The position numbers and the translations under genes were made by a program. 64,000 bases of DNA, from the NCBI GenBank assembly GCA_051453625.1, contig JBOZIK010000001.1, forward strand, positions 47,327,012 through 47,391,011. Direction: 5' to 3'. The DNA comes from Welwitschia mirabilis (Eukaryota). Under the pieces are notes generated by a model, which worked only from the letters and a program-made list of their open reading frames with translations, was not told the DNA's origin and searched no databases. Every line of letters begins with the position of its first letter. Position 1 is the first letter of the stretch. Below are positions 50,306 through 64,000 of this stretch, piece by piece.

Positions 50306-52566
50306 TGTAGGTATGTATGACATTAAGCTCATAACCTTCTTGTAATTTGTCATTTTACTATTCTTTAATATTTCCACTACACCTACAAATTCTATGTCAT
50401 CTACTTTTATCATTATATCATTAATTTAACTCCCATTTCCCTTGAACCATTATATTAATGCTTACTTCATTTTATCTTCATCATTTCATTTTACTTTAAT
50501 CCTTATCTTAGAAACATCAATGCCCATCTGTATTATCCACCCTTAATGTTTCTCCTTATGAATTTATTTTACTACTTGAAATGATATTATTGGTTATAAT
50601 ATTAATTTATTTTAAAGGATTTGAAATTCTTTCATATGCATGAATGACATGAGTACAATTTGGCTTCAAATTTTAAAGAGCAGAGTATAAAACCTTTACT
50701 GTGTATCTCCAATTTAATGATATAGTCACAAAGACATTAAAGATCCCTTTGTCATTCCTATGGAAATATTAAAAAAGTTTTTATGTGCTCTAACATTCAT
50801 CACTAAAAGAGAGCAATAAGTTATGTAGGTAGAGAAATCAGTTAATTTAAGATTAGGAGAAGCCTTAAAGCTTCTACTTCTTTATAATGATGGTCATTCA
50901 TCCATTAAAATATCATTATTTTCTCAAAATTCAGAGATTCAAAGTACCAAAAGACAATCAAAGCAATTTGAAATAAAGTTTTAAGAGCTCTAATTCAATG
51001 CAATTTTTACAAAAATACAAGGTTCTAAGTGACTGCTATGGTTTAGATTCAAATATATAAAATAAAGGTATTGTTTCTTCCTTTTGCTTCCCTTTTTCTC
51101 CATGACAGTAATGGATATAAACTCCAAATCATAGTCAAATGATAATTTGAATGGCTAAGTATAAGAAATTCCATCTTTAGGAGTGCTTGTAAAGCATTTA
51201 AAAGTCCATGAAATGGCATATTTTGATAAGATTATAAAGGCATGTGTCCATGTCTTTATGGTAGGTTTGGAGGTCTTAGCCTTGAAGATTAGATTGGTAG
51301 TGATATGAAGTGGCCTTTTCATAGTTTTGAAGATCCTTCTTGATCAATATTTTTATTTTATTTCTACAAATTGAGACAAGAGATTTGATGCTCAAAGCCT
51401 TTTTTGCATTATATTTTACCATGGCATAATTTGACATTAAGATGTACTGAGGAATATTTCACTAATTCTCTAAAGTTCACTTATCCAAAATTCATAGATC
51501 TTGACAAGGGAGAACTTATTGGCTCAATTAGAAAAACTGCTATAAAAGGTTATAGTATTTCACATAAATATTAAATATGTACCTTTGCTGTATTTGTTTA
51601 AATTCAAGCACATTCATGCTATAGAAATGAGATCTTCAAGGTTTATTGTAATAGCATAAACTAGATTATAATTAGACTTTCATCAATGTTTACGAATGCA
51701 TCTTGTATCTTATTACTCATTCCTATTAGAATTTTGTAAAATACATAAAAGACAAAAATAAATTAGTCACTATTATCTTCTTTCTTTTATGTTTTTAAAC
51801 TCTCTGNNNNNNNNNNNNNNNNNNNNNNNNNTTCATGCTCTAAATCTAATGTTATGAGCCTATTAACTAATTTTGCATTACATTATCTATAATAAATTGG
51901 GAAGAAAAATACATTTTATTGTATTAGAGGAATATAAGAGATGTGGTTGTAACTAGAACAAAAAAATGAAAGATGAGTGGTATTGAAGGCCTCATTTACA
52001 TACTAGAAGTCAATATAGTACCTGTAATGGAATTAATTCCTATAGTTCATTAATGTTGCTTTCTCAATAAAGGAAGAATACTAGACACTACCTACTAAGA
52101 ATGCTATTATTGTTAAAAAGAAATTCATGTTGGAAAGTTAATTTGTTAGTTTGGTTTTCTCTATTAAAAGTCCATGTTTAAAAGCTTGTTAGTTTGGTTC
52201 TTTATATCAAAAATTAATGTTTAAAAGTAAGTTTGTTAGTTTGGTTATTATTATTAAACATTTATATTTAAAAATAAAGTCTATTGTACAACTATTTAGT
52301 GTAATATCTAATGAATTTTTTATTGCCAAAAATATATTGTAAAGGTTTTAATCTTTAGTGCAATACAAGATAAATATTTTGATAAGCACATGAATTATCT
52401 TATTTATAATAAAATTTATGATTAATGAAGAGGATTTTGGAAGTTTTTATGCACTTCTATGATGATATTATTTTGTAATTTTTAATGTAACATTATCTTT
52501 TATGATTAAAAGATTCATGGATTAACTGGACTTATTCCATGCCTTTGGAATTTCAAAACTCCAATA
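50306..52566 (+). repeat. 3' LTR (~2260 bp, includes a 24-N gap)
   Basis: Direct repeat of 46337-48576, visibly diverged mostly by transitions. Confidence 0.92.
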
Positions 52567-54620
52567 ATAACAGCACTTGCAATCAAAATGATTTAACTTT
52601 GACTTGTACCCATACTAATTTTTAGCTAAATATACTCCCTTTTTAGTATATTGGCTAATACGATTATTGAGATGTATTACTATGTTCACTACTTCATCTG
52701 AAAAATAGGTCTTATAACCATTAAGATATATCATAAAATGTATTATATCTATGATAATGTAATTAAATATTATCAATGCCATTTTGTTGGAATGTCCCTA
52801 GGTAGATCTTCAAATGTTGAATCCCTTTATAAGTAGCAAAGTTCTTAAACTCGATAGATATGTACTCACCACCATATCTAAGTGAAAACTTTTAGTTCCA
52901 TAATCTACTTACTTTTTTACTTTAGTTTTAAACTTTTTAAAAATATCCAAAGTCTGTGATTTGAATTTGATGAAATAAATCCAAACCATTTGGGAATAGT
53001 GATTAGTCAAGGATATAAACTACTAAAATCTGTGAAGGGTGGAAACTAATATAAGTTCCCATAGATCACTGTGCATAAGTAAAATCTTTAATTAGCATAC
53101 CACTTACTTGATGAAAACCATTATCTAATTACTTTGTCTATAATACATGCTCTACATTGAGGAAAGTATCAAGGAATGAATGGAAGAATCTAATGATTAG
53201 TCTTATGTATGGAATTCATTGTATGAGAAGTAGATATTCTAGTTGATCATGCCACAGTAGCAAGGGAGAAATCTTATCTTGATAAATAGGGTAAGCAATT
53301 TCTCGCATTCTGACACAACCATTAAGATGATTGACCTTTTCATCCATATATCCATTCATGATTAGTTGCTAATTGTCATCATAAATATTTACTAAGTGTT
53401 TTATCATAGAAATGAGTGATCTTCTCATTACAAAGATGAAAGTAATAGAAGATGATAACCTTAAAGAAGGAACATATAAAACATTTAAAATAGTTTGTGA
53501 AGAGAGTGATGTCAAGTCAATGGTAATGAAACCATAGCCTTTCACGGGAACTAGTGCTATATCTACCAAAGAAACATGATTTGGTGCTTCAGTGAAGTTA
53601 TTAAAATCATCATATTAATAAGTCATATGACAAGTTACACCAATGTTAAGAACCCCCATTTTGTCATAAGGTGTGTACTCACTCATACCAAGAAATTCAT
53701 AGTTGTTAAAGACTACATTAGATTTAAAATTTTCAACATCTTTGATGGAATCATCTTCTTCATTTATTGCATTTTGCTTTAATAAGAACTTTATCTTATT
53801 CCAAATAATCCCATAGAAGTCAATGATATGACCTTATCTTTAGCATCATGAACACTGATACTTGTTCTTCATAGGAGTGGTAGTATTCTAAACTTGCTTC
53901 TTATTTTGCTGAGTATAATATGGCTTCTTATTTTGCTATTTTTGTAAAGCCTTATCCTTATCATGATGCAATTCATTTTGTAGATTTGATTTGCTAGAAA
54001 ACTATTTATTTTGATGAGAAGGATCATGAGAATTAAAAACTTTGTATATGACATCAGAGAAGAAGATACTGTAAAGTTAAACTAAGATTTAGTTAAAATA
54101 AGATCCTTACTACATATATTAAAAGTTATATTATTTAATTACTTATTCCTACATAGCAACATATTATAACTATGCAAAGAGGATTTTTTTCAAAACATTA
54201 GTAGATCAAGTTAACATAATAAATGAAAACATGTTTTTGTAAATCAATCTTTGTTACCTTTACCTTGATGTCTTAAATCTACACAATCAATTGTCTTATC
54301 TTACCTTTCTCATAATGCAAAATATTCATGTAAGTTATGAGATTAAGGAGATCTAAACCATTTTTGGAGTAAAATGTATTCTTCAAGATACAGAAGCTAG
54401 TGTAGCTTGTTTTAGTCTAATCAACCAAATTCTTGAATTGATAGGCAATAGATTTTTGTAAAATCTCTATCAATTTTTTGTCTATATCTTGTTAAGTAAC
54501 TTCTTTAGTCTAACCTTAAAGAGGTATATAATCATGTATCAAGAATTTCTTTTCATAATTATAAATTCACATGGTTAATATAAAATTATTGTGCCAAACC
54601 TTCCACAACTGATCATCTTG
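52567..54620 (-). mobile_element. Ty1/copia element, 5' part (gag, zinc knuckle, protease, integrase); continues 44280-46336
   Basis: Minus translation: CS*C*R*GH knuckle (about 53810-53840), VLNIGVTCHMT (protease, about 53625-53655), VWIYFIKFKSQTLDIFKKFKT..YGGEYIS (integrase). Confidence 0.85.
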
Positions 54621-55583
54621 AAGAGTAAGTCTAGTGTTGTGTTCCTTAGTAATGAAATCCAAGTGGATTCTGCCACTGTGCCTCTAACAATTACGTAATA
54701 TACACTTAATTACCAAGGCATATATGAGAATCTAGACCTCAAGGTACATAGGAAATTTCTACTTAAGAGAGATATAACTCTTCATATGACCTAAATTTCA
54801 TAACTGTGATAGTTAATACTACACAATAAGCTTTAAAAGATAGTATAAAACACAACACAGATCTCTATCTACGTAACAGTCTCCTTACCCAATACAAATC
54901 AAAATTTGTTACTAGTTAAAAAAAATCTTAAGTGTTTTAAGGAGTGAAAAGTAATTTTCCTTTTTATTACTTTCCTTAAGTAGGCTTAATAAAACTATTA
55001 AGTATAAAATAAGAGAAAAAAAGAATAAAACCATATAAAAAAGAGATTTATTGTGGTATAGTTAAGCTAAGTAGATCTTGATCATGATCTAATTTAGCTT
55101 AATTTATTCCAATCACTAAAATAGGTTTAATAAAAATAAAAATTAAGTTAAGAGATCTTACTTCACATTTCAACTTGACTTGATGATAAAGATTTGGCTT
55201 ACAAAATTGAAAAATTGCAAAAATCTCAAAAAAACTCAAACAATAAAAAAGAGGAGCTCAAAAACTAATGAAAAGTGCTTTAAAAAAATCAAATCAAAGG
55301 ATCTTGCTTAACATCCCGATTTCGTTTAATGATAAAAAGTGATTCTTGAGTTTACAAGTAGTAAAAATATGCAAAAAAACTCAAAAAATGGTTTAAAATT
55401 TTAAAAATTAAAGAAATATGCAAAACTATGCATGCATACAAAACAAAGCCACAAATTAGACAATTGTTAGTTATAGTGCATGTGCATGAAATAAGGTAAT
55501 GGGTAAACAATGGTCCAGCAACATTACATGTGAATAAAAAGATAAAAAATGCTAACATAAAATTTAACAAAATTTTGTCAATA

Positions 55584-55647
55584 CCTAGGTTCAAACCTCT
55601 GACTTGCAAGTTAGTAGGTAAAGTCCTTTATCACTATGTTAAGATGC
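55584..55647 (-). other. Decayed tRNA-like Pol III promoter (A box and B box); possible SINE head
   Basis: Minus strand GCATCT-TAACATAGTGAT-AAAGG...GTCAGA-GGTTTGAACC-TAGG: A-box-like and B-box-like motifs about 32 nt apart, differing from consensus by transitions only. Confidence 0.35.
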
Positions 55648-56852
55648 TACTAGTTGGTCTTGTAGATAGCATAATGTAGTGAAAAACAAGCATGTATCTA
55701 TTAATTAGAACTTAGACACTATCTACAATAGGCCTTGAAAAATGAAGTGATAGATGCAGAGATATCTTATGTAATGACATTAGCATAGAGGAGAGTTCAA
55801 TGGACTACAGAATGTGGTAAAGCATAGTTAGTAGTGATAGTGGGAGGCAAGAGTAACTAATTATATAAAATGGTACAAATCATGAAAATAATAAAAGATA
55901 TGTGTAAAAGATGTAATGTTGTCACATTCACATAGGATTAAGAGTTATTCTCCTAGATCCATAGAAATAGTAACCTTGCCTTTTAAATCTTGAGTCAAGA
56001 ATGTTTTTTTCATGTAAAGGAGAAGCATTTCTCATATTTTAGCCATAGCTTTCTTTAATTACAAGAAATGTAACAGCAAAAGAATCAAAGCAAAAAACAA
56101 AATAGCAAAAGAACATGTAGGTAGAACATGTAAGCAAAGTGGCTTACAATAATAGTGGGAGAAGTAGGTGGAAGATGCTGACACAAAAAATCATAAGAGT
56201 GAGAAAAAACATAGTGGCTAAAAAATCATTAAGATCAAATGATAGTGTAGTGGTAGAGTTCTCCTACAAATGCAAAGGGTCAGTGAACCCACAATAGACA
56301 TAGGTGTTACAGAGAAAAGGTAATATAGTAGGTAGAAGATTAGTGGTAAAGGTTAAAATAATAGATATATCATAGATAATAGCACAATAGACAAAAGATA
56401 AATAATAGCATAACACAAGGTAGAATGAGCTACAAGAAGTAACTTGCTTCTATAGGTAGTATGACACCAATTGTAAGAGGCATAAAGAAGGCATAAAAAA
56501 GGCATGTACAACTAGTTAATTAGGGTTTACGATCCATTTGTAGCTATTAAAAAATTGGAAAAAATATTCTCTTTAAAAAAATAAATTTATAAATAATTTA
56601 AATAAAGAGAAAAAATTCCTTCCCCCTTGATGATGTTGCAAAATCTTTTGAAATGCTTCCTACATAATTATATTTTGTTCAAAAAAATTCTTAAAAAAAC
56701 TAAGGAAAAATTTGGCAGGAAACTAGGAGAAAAAAAGAAAAAGCCAAAAAAGAAGCCTAAGAAGGCCTTAAGAGGAGGGGGAAAAGGAAAAAAATTCAAA
56801 TCTCCAAGATGAAAGCAAAGAGGCCACAAGAAGCTATAAAACTCAAGGGTGG

Positions 56853-59800
56853 TAATCATAGCTTTGTAGTGATCTAGATTTAAAATAAGTAAAACACTTA
56901 ATATTGTTCTTCCATAGGGATACATGAGGTAAATTTAATCCAAAGATATAATATTATTCTAACTTGCAATGAAAAATTAAAATAACAAAAAAATTAGAAG
57001 TTGAGAAAGAAGTGATCTTTAGTTATTAATATAAGGAAATGAAAATGCTTCAAGGATCTAGTGATTCATCCAACTCTCCTCCTTTTCTTCATTGATTCTT
57101 GCATCCTAAGACTTAATAAACAAGTGAGCTTCATCTAAAAATTACTAACAAGTTAGTGTGCAATAATAATAAAAGAATAAAAAAAACTTAGAATTAGTCC
57201 TACCTAAGTATTACCAATGCCAACTTAATGTGTAATGACAATGAAAGTATTCAAACTAAATTCTAGAACTAGCCCTACCTAAACATTGCTAATACCAATT
57301 GAAATGTGCATTAATAATGAAATAATTTAAAGTAGCCCTATATTAAAATTTGAAATAAATTATATGTTACATCAATGAAGAGGAATAAGAACTTCTCAAC
57401 TATCCTTAGATCATTTTACCCTTAATAAAAAGTATTAGAGTACCATAACATCCTTTTCTCCAAGTCCTTCTCACATTAAGTCAACTAAAAGATGTTTACA
57501 ATGTGGTGTTAATGACCTATTATAGATGATGGAAGGCTTCAAGGGGCATCATCATGATTACATTAGGTGTTTCCTTTATGCATTAAGTGGTGATTACATA
57601 AGGGAAGTTATTTAAGGGCGGTTACATAAGGAGGGGTTTACAAATGTGTTTTGCATGTAGCTAGAAAGAAAAATTCTTTATCTTCTTATGTAAACATGAT
57701 GATGAAATGTCCTTTGAATATTGATGATGCTGCCAAGGGATGTCGTGCTATGTATCTTCATCTCAATCATCATTATTGCACCACATGTCACTATGATGTA
57801 TTTATCTATACTTCCACCATGTATAATCAAAATTAAGTTGAATCTAATTCATTATCTAACTAAGCTCATTAGTGCAATGGATTTGATTTCCTAAGAAGGT
57901 GTAGGAACATGAGTTTTTTGCTATGTTTCCTCAGAAGGTCAGTGGCACCACTACTAGCATTTGGTGCTGAGAGTTCTTTATTTTGAAGATAGTTCTTTTA
58001 AAGGCCATAATATACTTGCTCATGTTAAGGAAAGTCCATAATTTCATGTAACATTAATAGAGATGATCAAAAAATTAATATATGATAAAATCATTAATTT
58101 AATTTTTTTAATATACTACATTAATCAATTATACTCGCTTATAATTTCAATTTCAGTATGCAAACACACCCCTAACTGGTCTTCGACAAGTCCCTTTAAA
58201 AAAAAGTTGATGAAGAAATGATGGCATATAAAAATTAACTAAGTGAAAATGGTAAGTAAGGAAATGATATGACATTTTAGGTTTTTTTTTTTTTGAGCAA
58301 TCTTTAATGAATAAGGCATCAAAATTGAAAAAATTCTATAAAACTGGATGTCATACCCCAACCAAACTTCAACTTGATCTTCAAATCTATAAAGATTAAA
58401 AATTTATACAAGGATTTAGAGAACAAGTTAATTACATGACTAGCAAATGATTATGATTAATGCATTTAGGGAGCATAATGTAATGCAAGGCTTAAAGTAA
58501 AATATAATTTTTAGGAAACACAAAACATGCAATCAAATTAAAAATACATTATTCATGACTTAAAAAAACAGAATACCTAAATTGATGACCACATTTATTA
58601 AAAATTTCACAAATTTTATTCTAAATTTAAATGTTACACATTATTAAATAAATAAGATATTCTCTAAGTAAACATATAAGTAATCAAAAATTGGTTAAGT
58701 AAATTTCTAAGTATGTAAGTTAAATAAAATTAATCACAAAAGATCTTCTAATTCTACCTTTTTCATTCCAATTTACCTTTTTCCATAATCATGTCTTGTT
58801 TTATATTTTAAGTATTTTTGATCTAATTGGCATCCAATGTTATGACATCCCTTCCAATAGGTTTAAGCATGTTTTGATCTAAAAGGAATCAATGCTACAT
58901 TATTCAGCCTCTATGTAGCTGAACATGTCATAAATTAAATCATTAGAGTTGCATTTCTAGCAAGCGTCCAGAGCCCTGGTGTAGTCAGCTAAATCCAATT
59001 TTTAATAATAACTAAATAATGTGATTTCAAGGAGGAGATATTTTTATCCTTTTAAATCATCCTTCTTATGTTCAATAATTTTTATTAAACACAAAGAATC
59101 ATTGGCTCATTAGCCTAATCAAGATATCTCTACAAAATTCTTGAAAAGTAATTAGCTTAGCATGAAAGTAAATTCCACCTTAATTTAACCATATTTTCCC
59201 TTTGAAAGACCTTAAGTGAAACAAACTTTAATAAGTTAGCTTGAAAATAATCAAAACATCTTCTTGAAAAACTATAAGTAAACTTAAATTCTACCTAATT
59301 CATAAGAATAATGTGATCACTTATTATAAGTTTATTTCATTTAGGGCAATCAATCAAAATCATCTAATTTTAATAACTTGTAAGTGGATGGAAGGAAAAG
59401 GTAGTAAATAACTTTTATTAACTAGAATGAAAATGTAAAAAATGGGAATTATCGTTTGACAAATGATGATTTATTTAGGGAAATAGACAGAATTTTGGAT
59501 TTCCTACCTAAAAATGCTTAAGACGGTAATTATAGAGGTATAAGTGCTTGGGTGGTTTAAGTCATGATAAGGTGTCAAGCACAAAATTTTTAAGCATTTT
59601 TAATTTTCTCAAATCAAGATTTATTCTAAAGGTAAAATCTACTATAGAAGATATTCCTAATCTAAAATCACACAAAGAAGCTAATAATTTTTCAAAACAT
59701 TTCCCAAGGTATTGCACATGTGAAGGTTCACAATAATGAATGCAATGTTTGAATGATGAACCAAAATTATATAAAGCATTCAAATAGAAGATTAAATCTC

Positions 59801-62672
59801 TATAAATATTTATACATGAATCTATAAAATTGAAAAGAATGTTAATGCTAATAGTAAAATTTATTCATTTAAAATCAACTATTTTATATCCTTTATCTTA
59901 TTCCTATTTACTTAACAACTCACACAAGATGTCATTTTCATGGAAGATAAAGTTGAAGTGAAAATCATGAAAGACAAATGATCATCAAAAGAAGTACTAG
60001 AATATGGTTCAAAAGGTATGGATTTGTCTTGATCATCAAAGTTAAAGTCTTGCTTAAGAGATAAAAATGACATAATTGGTTTAAGAGGTTGTTGAAAAAA
60101 GGGTTGATCTAAGGAAGAATTTTTGTTAATCTTCTTTTTTTTGTTAAGATTCTTAAGGGATTATTCCTGAAAAGGTTGCACAGGTGACATAGGTTAAGGT
60201 TCAAAGATATGTTCATTTTTAATGTTATCTACTTCATTAATTTTACCTATGGATTTGTCCATTATTGTATAACATTCTAATTTTTCTTTTTCCTCATATG
60301 TTTGCTTACTTATTATATATTGTTCATCATCATTTGAAGTATCTAATCCTACTTCAAAGTATAGCCTATTTACATGCAATCTTTCACTCTCTAAGACATT
60401 TCTAAACTCAAGGTCCTCTTAGATGTCATGATTGGTTTTGTGATGGGATTCTTCATTATTCCTAANNNNNNNNNNNNNGGTTGTCATCTATTATAATCTC
60501 ATCAATCCCTTCAAAGTTATTAAAGCTATTGGATTTATAAAATCTAGGAAGGTTTTCTACTTCTTGTTGTTGATTAAGTGTACTAAAGATTTGAGTAGTA
60601 ACATGGTTTAACAATTAGTTATTTTACTCAATTCTTTGGTTTATTTACATTTCAACTTTCATGAATCTTATAAGGATGTCTTTCAAAAAATTTGAAGAGG
60701 TTTGTTGAATTTTGGGAGATGAAGGTTAGTAGTCAAATGATGAAGGGCACTAAAAATAAAATGAAGGATATGAATCAAAGAATGGAGAATATGAAGTTGA
60801 GGGATAATGATCATAAGAAGTGAAGGAATGTATGGGATCAAACCCCTGATGAGAGATATATAGGCTATGGAATTCGTAATGACTAGGATGTTGATTTATG
60901 TATGGATGGGATTGAGAACACTCTTCAAAGGTTTGTCTATTATCAAAAGGATCTAGGGGTTGTAGTTGGTATGAGTTATATTGAAGGTAATCCCTCAGAG
61001 TTTGTTTTGGCCTAATAAAATATCCTATGATTCATTTAGATTGGTTCTAGCTCTGAGAACCATATGGATAAATAGGATTTAGATTGAAAGGTATGTGAAA
61101 TGGATTTAAAGGCCTACTCATGATTTAAGTTCAAGAAAATGATTAATGATTTAGGTTGATAGTTCATATTTCCTAGATTTTTTAGAGTTTATAGGGATCC
61201 TACAAGTCAATAAGGTTTAGATAGGTAACAAAAGATAATAGTCCAAGTTACAGAGAAGTCTGAGTAGAAATGCTGACGATGCTAATCAGGTAAGGAAATG
61301 AAGTTAGTTTATTTGAGTAGCATGATTTACAAAAAAAAAGATGAAAGGATCATGAGATCTACACAAATGATCTCTAGTTATAAGGTCTAGAAAAATTGAA
61401 AATAAACTAGAAATAACTATGTTTTTTTCAAAAACTAAACCTATGAAATTAACTAAAACATTTTAATTTTTTTAAAAAAATTCTAATATAAATAAAAACT
61501 GATAAAACTAAAGAAATTATAGTTTTTTATAGAAATTAGGAGAAAGATAAATTACATAAAAAAATTATTAGAGTTTAATTTGATTTTAGCTCACAATCTT
61601 AGGTTTATTTGCACCTATAAAAAATTCATTAAACTTACAACTTGAAAATATCAAACATACAATTGAAGTTAACCAAAATCAACAATTTAAAGTGATTTAG
61701 ATTTTACTAGAAAAGGATCAGTACCTACCATTGGAAAAAAGAGAGCACACACTCAAAAGAAAAAAAAGGACTAGTTCAAGTATTGCTGAAAGAAGTACTA
61801 GTACCCACCACTAGAAAAATAAAAACAAACTAAAATTGTAAGAATAAAATCATGTACTCTTAAAAAAAAATTATTGTACTGATATATCCCTGGCAATGGT
61901 GCCAAAATCTAATTGTAGCTTTGCAGTGATCTAGATTTAAACTAAGTGAAACACATAGTATCATTCTTCCATAGGGATATATGAGGTAAATTTAATCAAA
62001 ATATACAAAATTATTCTAACTTATAATGAAAAACTCAAATAATAAAAAAATTAAAAGTTAAGAAAGAATTGATCTTCGGTTAGTAACACAAGGGAACAGA
62101 AATGTCCAAGGAGCCAATGGCTCATCTAACTCTTCTCCTTTGCTCCATTGGTTCCTATATCCTAAAACTTAATAAATAAGTAAGCTCTATCTAAAAATTG
62201 CTAATGCCTAGTTAATGTGAAATATAATTAGTCCTACCTAAATATTACCAATGCCAAATTAATGTGAAATGATGATGAAAGGATTCAAATTAGTTCTAGA
62301 ACTAGCCTTTATAAACATTAGTAATACCAATTTAAATGTGTATTAACAACAAAATAATTTTAACTAGTTCTATATTAAAATATATAATGAATTATACATT
62401 ACATTAATGGAGGAGGAAAAGAAGAAGAACTTCTCAACTAACCTTAGATCATTCCACCCCTAATAAAGAGTATCATAGTACCATGACAAACTAACTTCAA
62501 AGTCCTTCCCACATTAAGTCAAACAAAAGATGTTTACAATGGGGCATCAAGGTCCTTTTATAGATAAGGAAAGGCTTAGAGGGCATTGTTATGATTACAT
62601 TAGATGCCATCTTTATCTGTTAGATGGCGATTACATAAGGAAAGCTATTTAAGGATGGTTGCATAAGAAGGA
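56853..62672 (-). mobile_element. Non-autonomous Athila-like LTR element (no pol seen), two LTRs, right LTR truncated
   Basis: Direct repeats 56853-57636 and 61910-62672. tRNA-Asp PBS (reverse complement) TCCCTGGCAATGGTGCCA at 61887-61904 and PPT-like AACACACCCCTAACT at about 58163-58177. The 3.7-kb interior holds only a decayed gag-C-terminus-like ORF (about 60100-61060). Confidence 0.8.
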
Positions 62673-63661
62673 AGTCAACCAAGCAAAGTCTAAGCTAAAA
62701 ATAAAAAGAGAATATGATATTTAAGGCAAAAAATTTAAGAAAACATTAGCTAGAATAAAAGATATGTGATAAATGTTAAATTATTAAAAAATTTAAATCA
62801 AGCCTATGAAATGTTAATAAAGGATGTAAGAAATTTTCAAGAAGATGCTTAAAAAGCCTTGAAAAGACTAAAATTTGATGAATAAAACATTTAAAAGGGT
62901 AAATAAGTGTAAATAAGTGAATAAAGATAAATAAAGTTAAGTAATAAATGAGAATTCATGCTAAGAATTTATAGAAGTCTATGGCTTATATAGTCAATGT
63001 TCAACTTCTAAAAGTAAATGATTGACAATTTCAAGGATTTGTCCAATAACTTAATTAACCCTCCAATAATAATGGTTGATAATATCTGCATGGTTAGCCT
63101 CCTTACATAATCTAATTAATTGTTTAAGACCTTTGGAAAATTCAAAGTAATGTGGTTACCCCATAGGTTACCTACAACAATCAACTCTTTATAATAAAGA
63201 GGTTGATTGTAACATCTTAAATTTAAGTATCCTAATTAACCATAATTTTTTAAAGCATTATTAGCTAACGTGCACAATGAATCCTAGGATCAAAGCCTAT
63301 TCCTATTAAAATATTATAAGATTTAAAATAGTTAGATCACAGAAAGCAGAAAAACACAGAAAAACATCTATCATCCACCTGCTCGTCTGGACATCACAGG
63401 AGACAACAGAAACTAAATTATTGCAGAAAAATTGCAATTCAAAGATAAACTGAAAATAAAAATAACACATTATTATCCTGCTTATCATGAGGAATACAGA
63501 GGATACAACCACACCTTTTATAGAAAACCAAAATCTGAAAAACTTAAATTGAAACATAGCACACAGAAAACCTAAAGCTCCGAATAAAATACAATGTCAT
63601 ATAGACAAATAAACGGTATACTTATCTAAACGATAATAACTTTTGTACTCCTTGATAGACT

Positions 63662-64000
63662 TCCCTAACAATGGCGCTAACTTGTTGCGGTGTGTATTTG
63701 TGCATACTTTTGCATTAAAATAGATTCTATTATTAATAATTAAAATAGATATTATGCCTAATACATCACACTAATATAATTGAAGTGACCCAAAATGTTA
63801 TATCTCATTGAAGTCTATAAGTATAAGACTTAGGTTGTAACTAAACTTAAGAACCAAAAATAATGAATAATAATGCAAGAAAATAAACTACCATGCAAAG
63901 TGTAATATGCAATCTAAGCTAACATGCAATGTAAATAACCCTAACCCTACTTGCTTTTCAGCCTTAACAAAGGCTGTCCTTGATAATCTATATCACCCAA
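63662..64000 (-). mobile_element. PBS and start of the 5' LTR of another gypsy element (continues beyond the window)
   Basis: TCCCTAACAATGGCGCTA (63662-63679) is a decayed reverse complement of TGGCGCCGTTGCCGGGGA, followed by ACT-TGTTG (LTR end at 63683). Confidence 0.7.

Larger units (their letters stand above)
46337..52566 (+). mobile_element. Non-autonomous LTR retroelement with ~2.2-kb LTRs and a 1.7-kb internal region (TR-GAG/LARD-like), nested in the copia
   Basis: Direct repeats 46337-48576 (TGTGG...CCAACA) and 50306-52566 (TGTAG...CCAATA). Met-PBS TGGTATTAGAGC at 48579-48590. Internal zinc knuckle CEFCGMLGHKKIIF; no pol motifs seen. The copia reading frame stops at 46336 and resumes at 52567. 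Confidence 0.9.

Noticed and set aside
50540..51720. Coding sequence inside the long LTRs
   Set aside because: The frames I translated contain frequent stops and no recognisable motifs.
46332..52571. Target-site duplication for the long-LTR element
   Set aside because: Flanks GACAT and ATAAC do not match; nesting is supported by the interrupted copia frame instead.
56627..56925. Lys-rich and Phe-rich ORFs on opposite strands (and similar F/L/I-rich ORFs at 1756-2089, 17105-17311, 55352-55609, 63306-63557)
   Set aside because: Compositional by-products of A-rich or T-rich low-complexity TE sequence.

Overview
Eukaryotic, very AT-rich land-plant genomic DNA from a gapped draft scaffold, most likely a seed plant (inferred from the TE families and gene fragments; the species cannot be determined). 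No intact protein-coding gene was found. The window is a graveyard of nested, heavily C>T/G>A-decayed LTR retrotransposons. These comprise three Ty1/copia copies (10.3-15.4, 24.2-30.0 and 44.3-54.6 kb, all minus strand) and several Athila-type Ty3/gypsy pieces (gag, pol, env-like ORFs, tRNA-Asp PBSs). There are also two non-autonomous LTR elements, one with 2.2-kb LTRs, a gag zinc-knuckle remnant and a multi-PPT/inverted-repeat junction. Between the retroelements lie two intron-less, 3'-truncated host-gene fragments: an At5g13560/At2g37370-like gene in a CpG-retaining island, and a class III peroxidase that the ORF track misses. Other notable structures are a ~147-bp tandem array built on a 28-bp palindrome and a ~200-bp non-coding module shared by different gypsy 3' regions. 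Family assignments come from manual translation and motif recognition only; no searches were run. Nothing here demonstrates a new biological system. The best candidates for follow-up are the gene-fragment cluster, the palindrome array, the conserved module and the long-LTR non-autonomous element.
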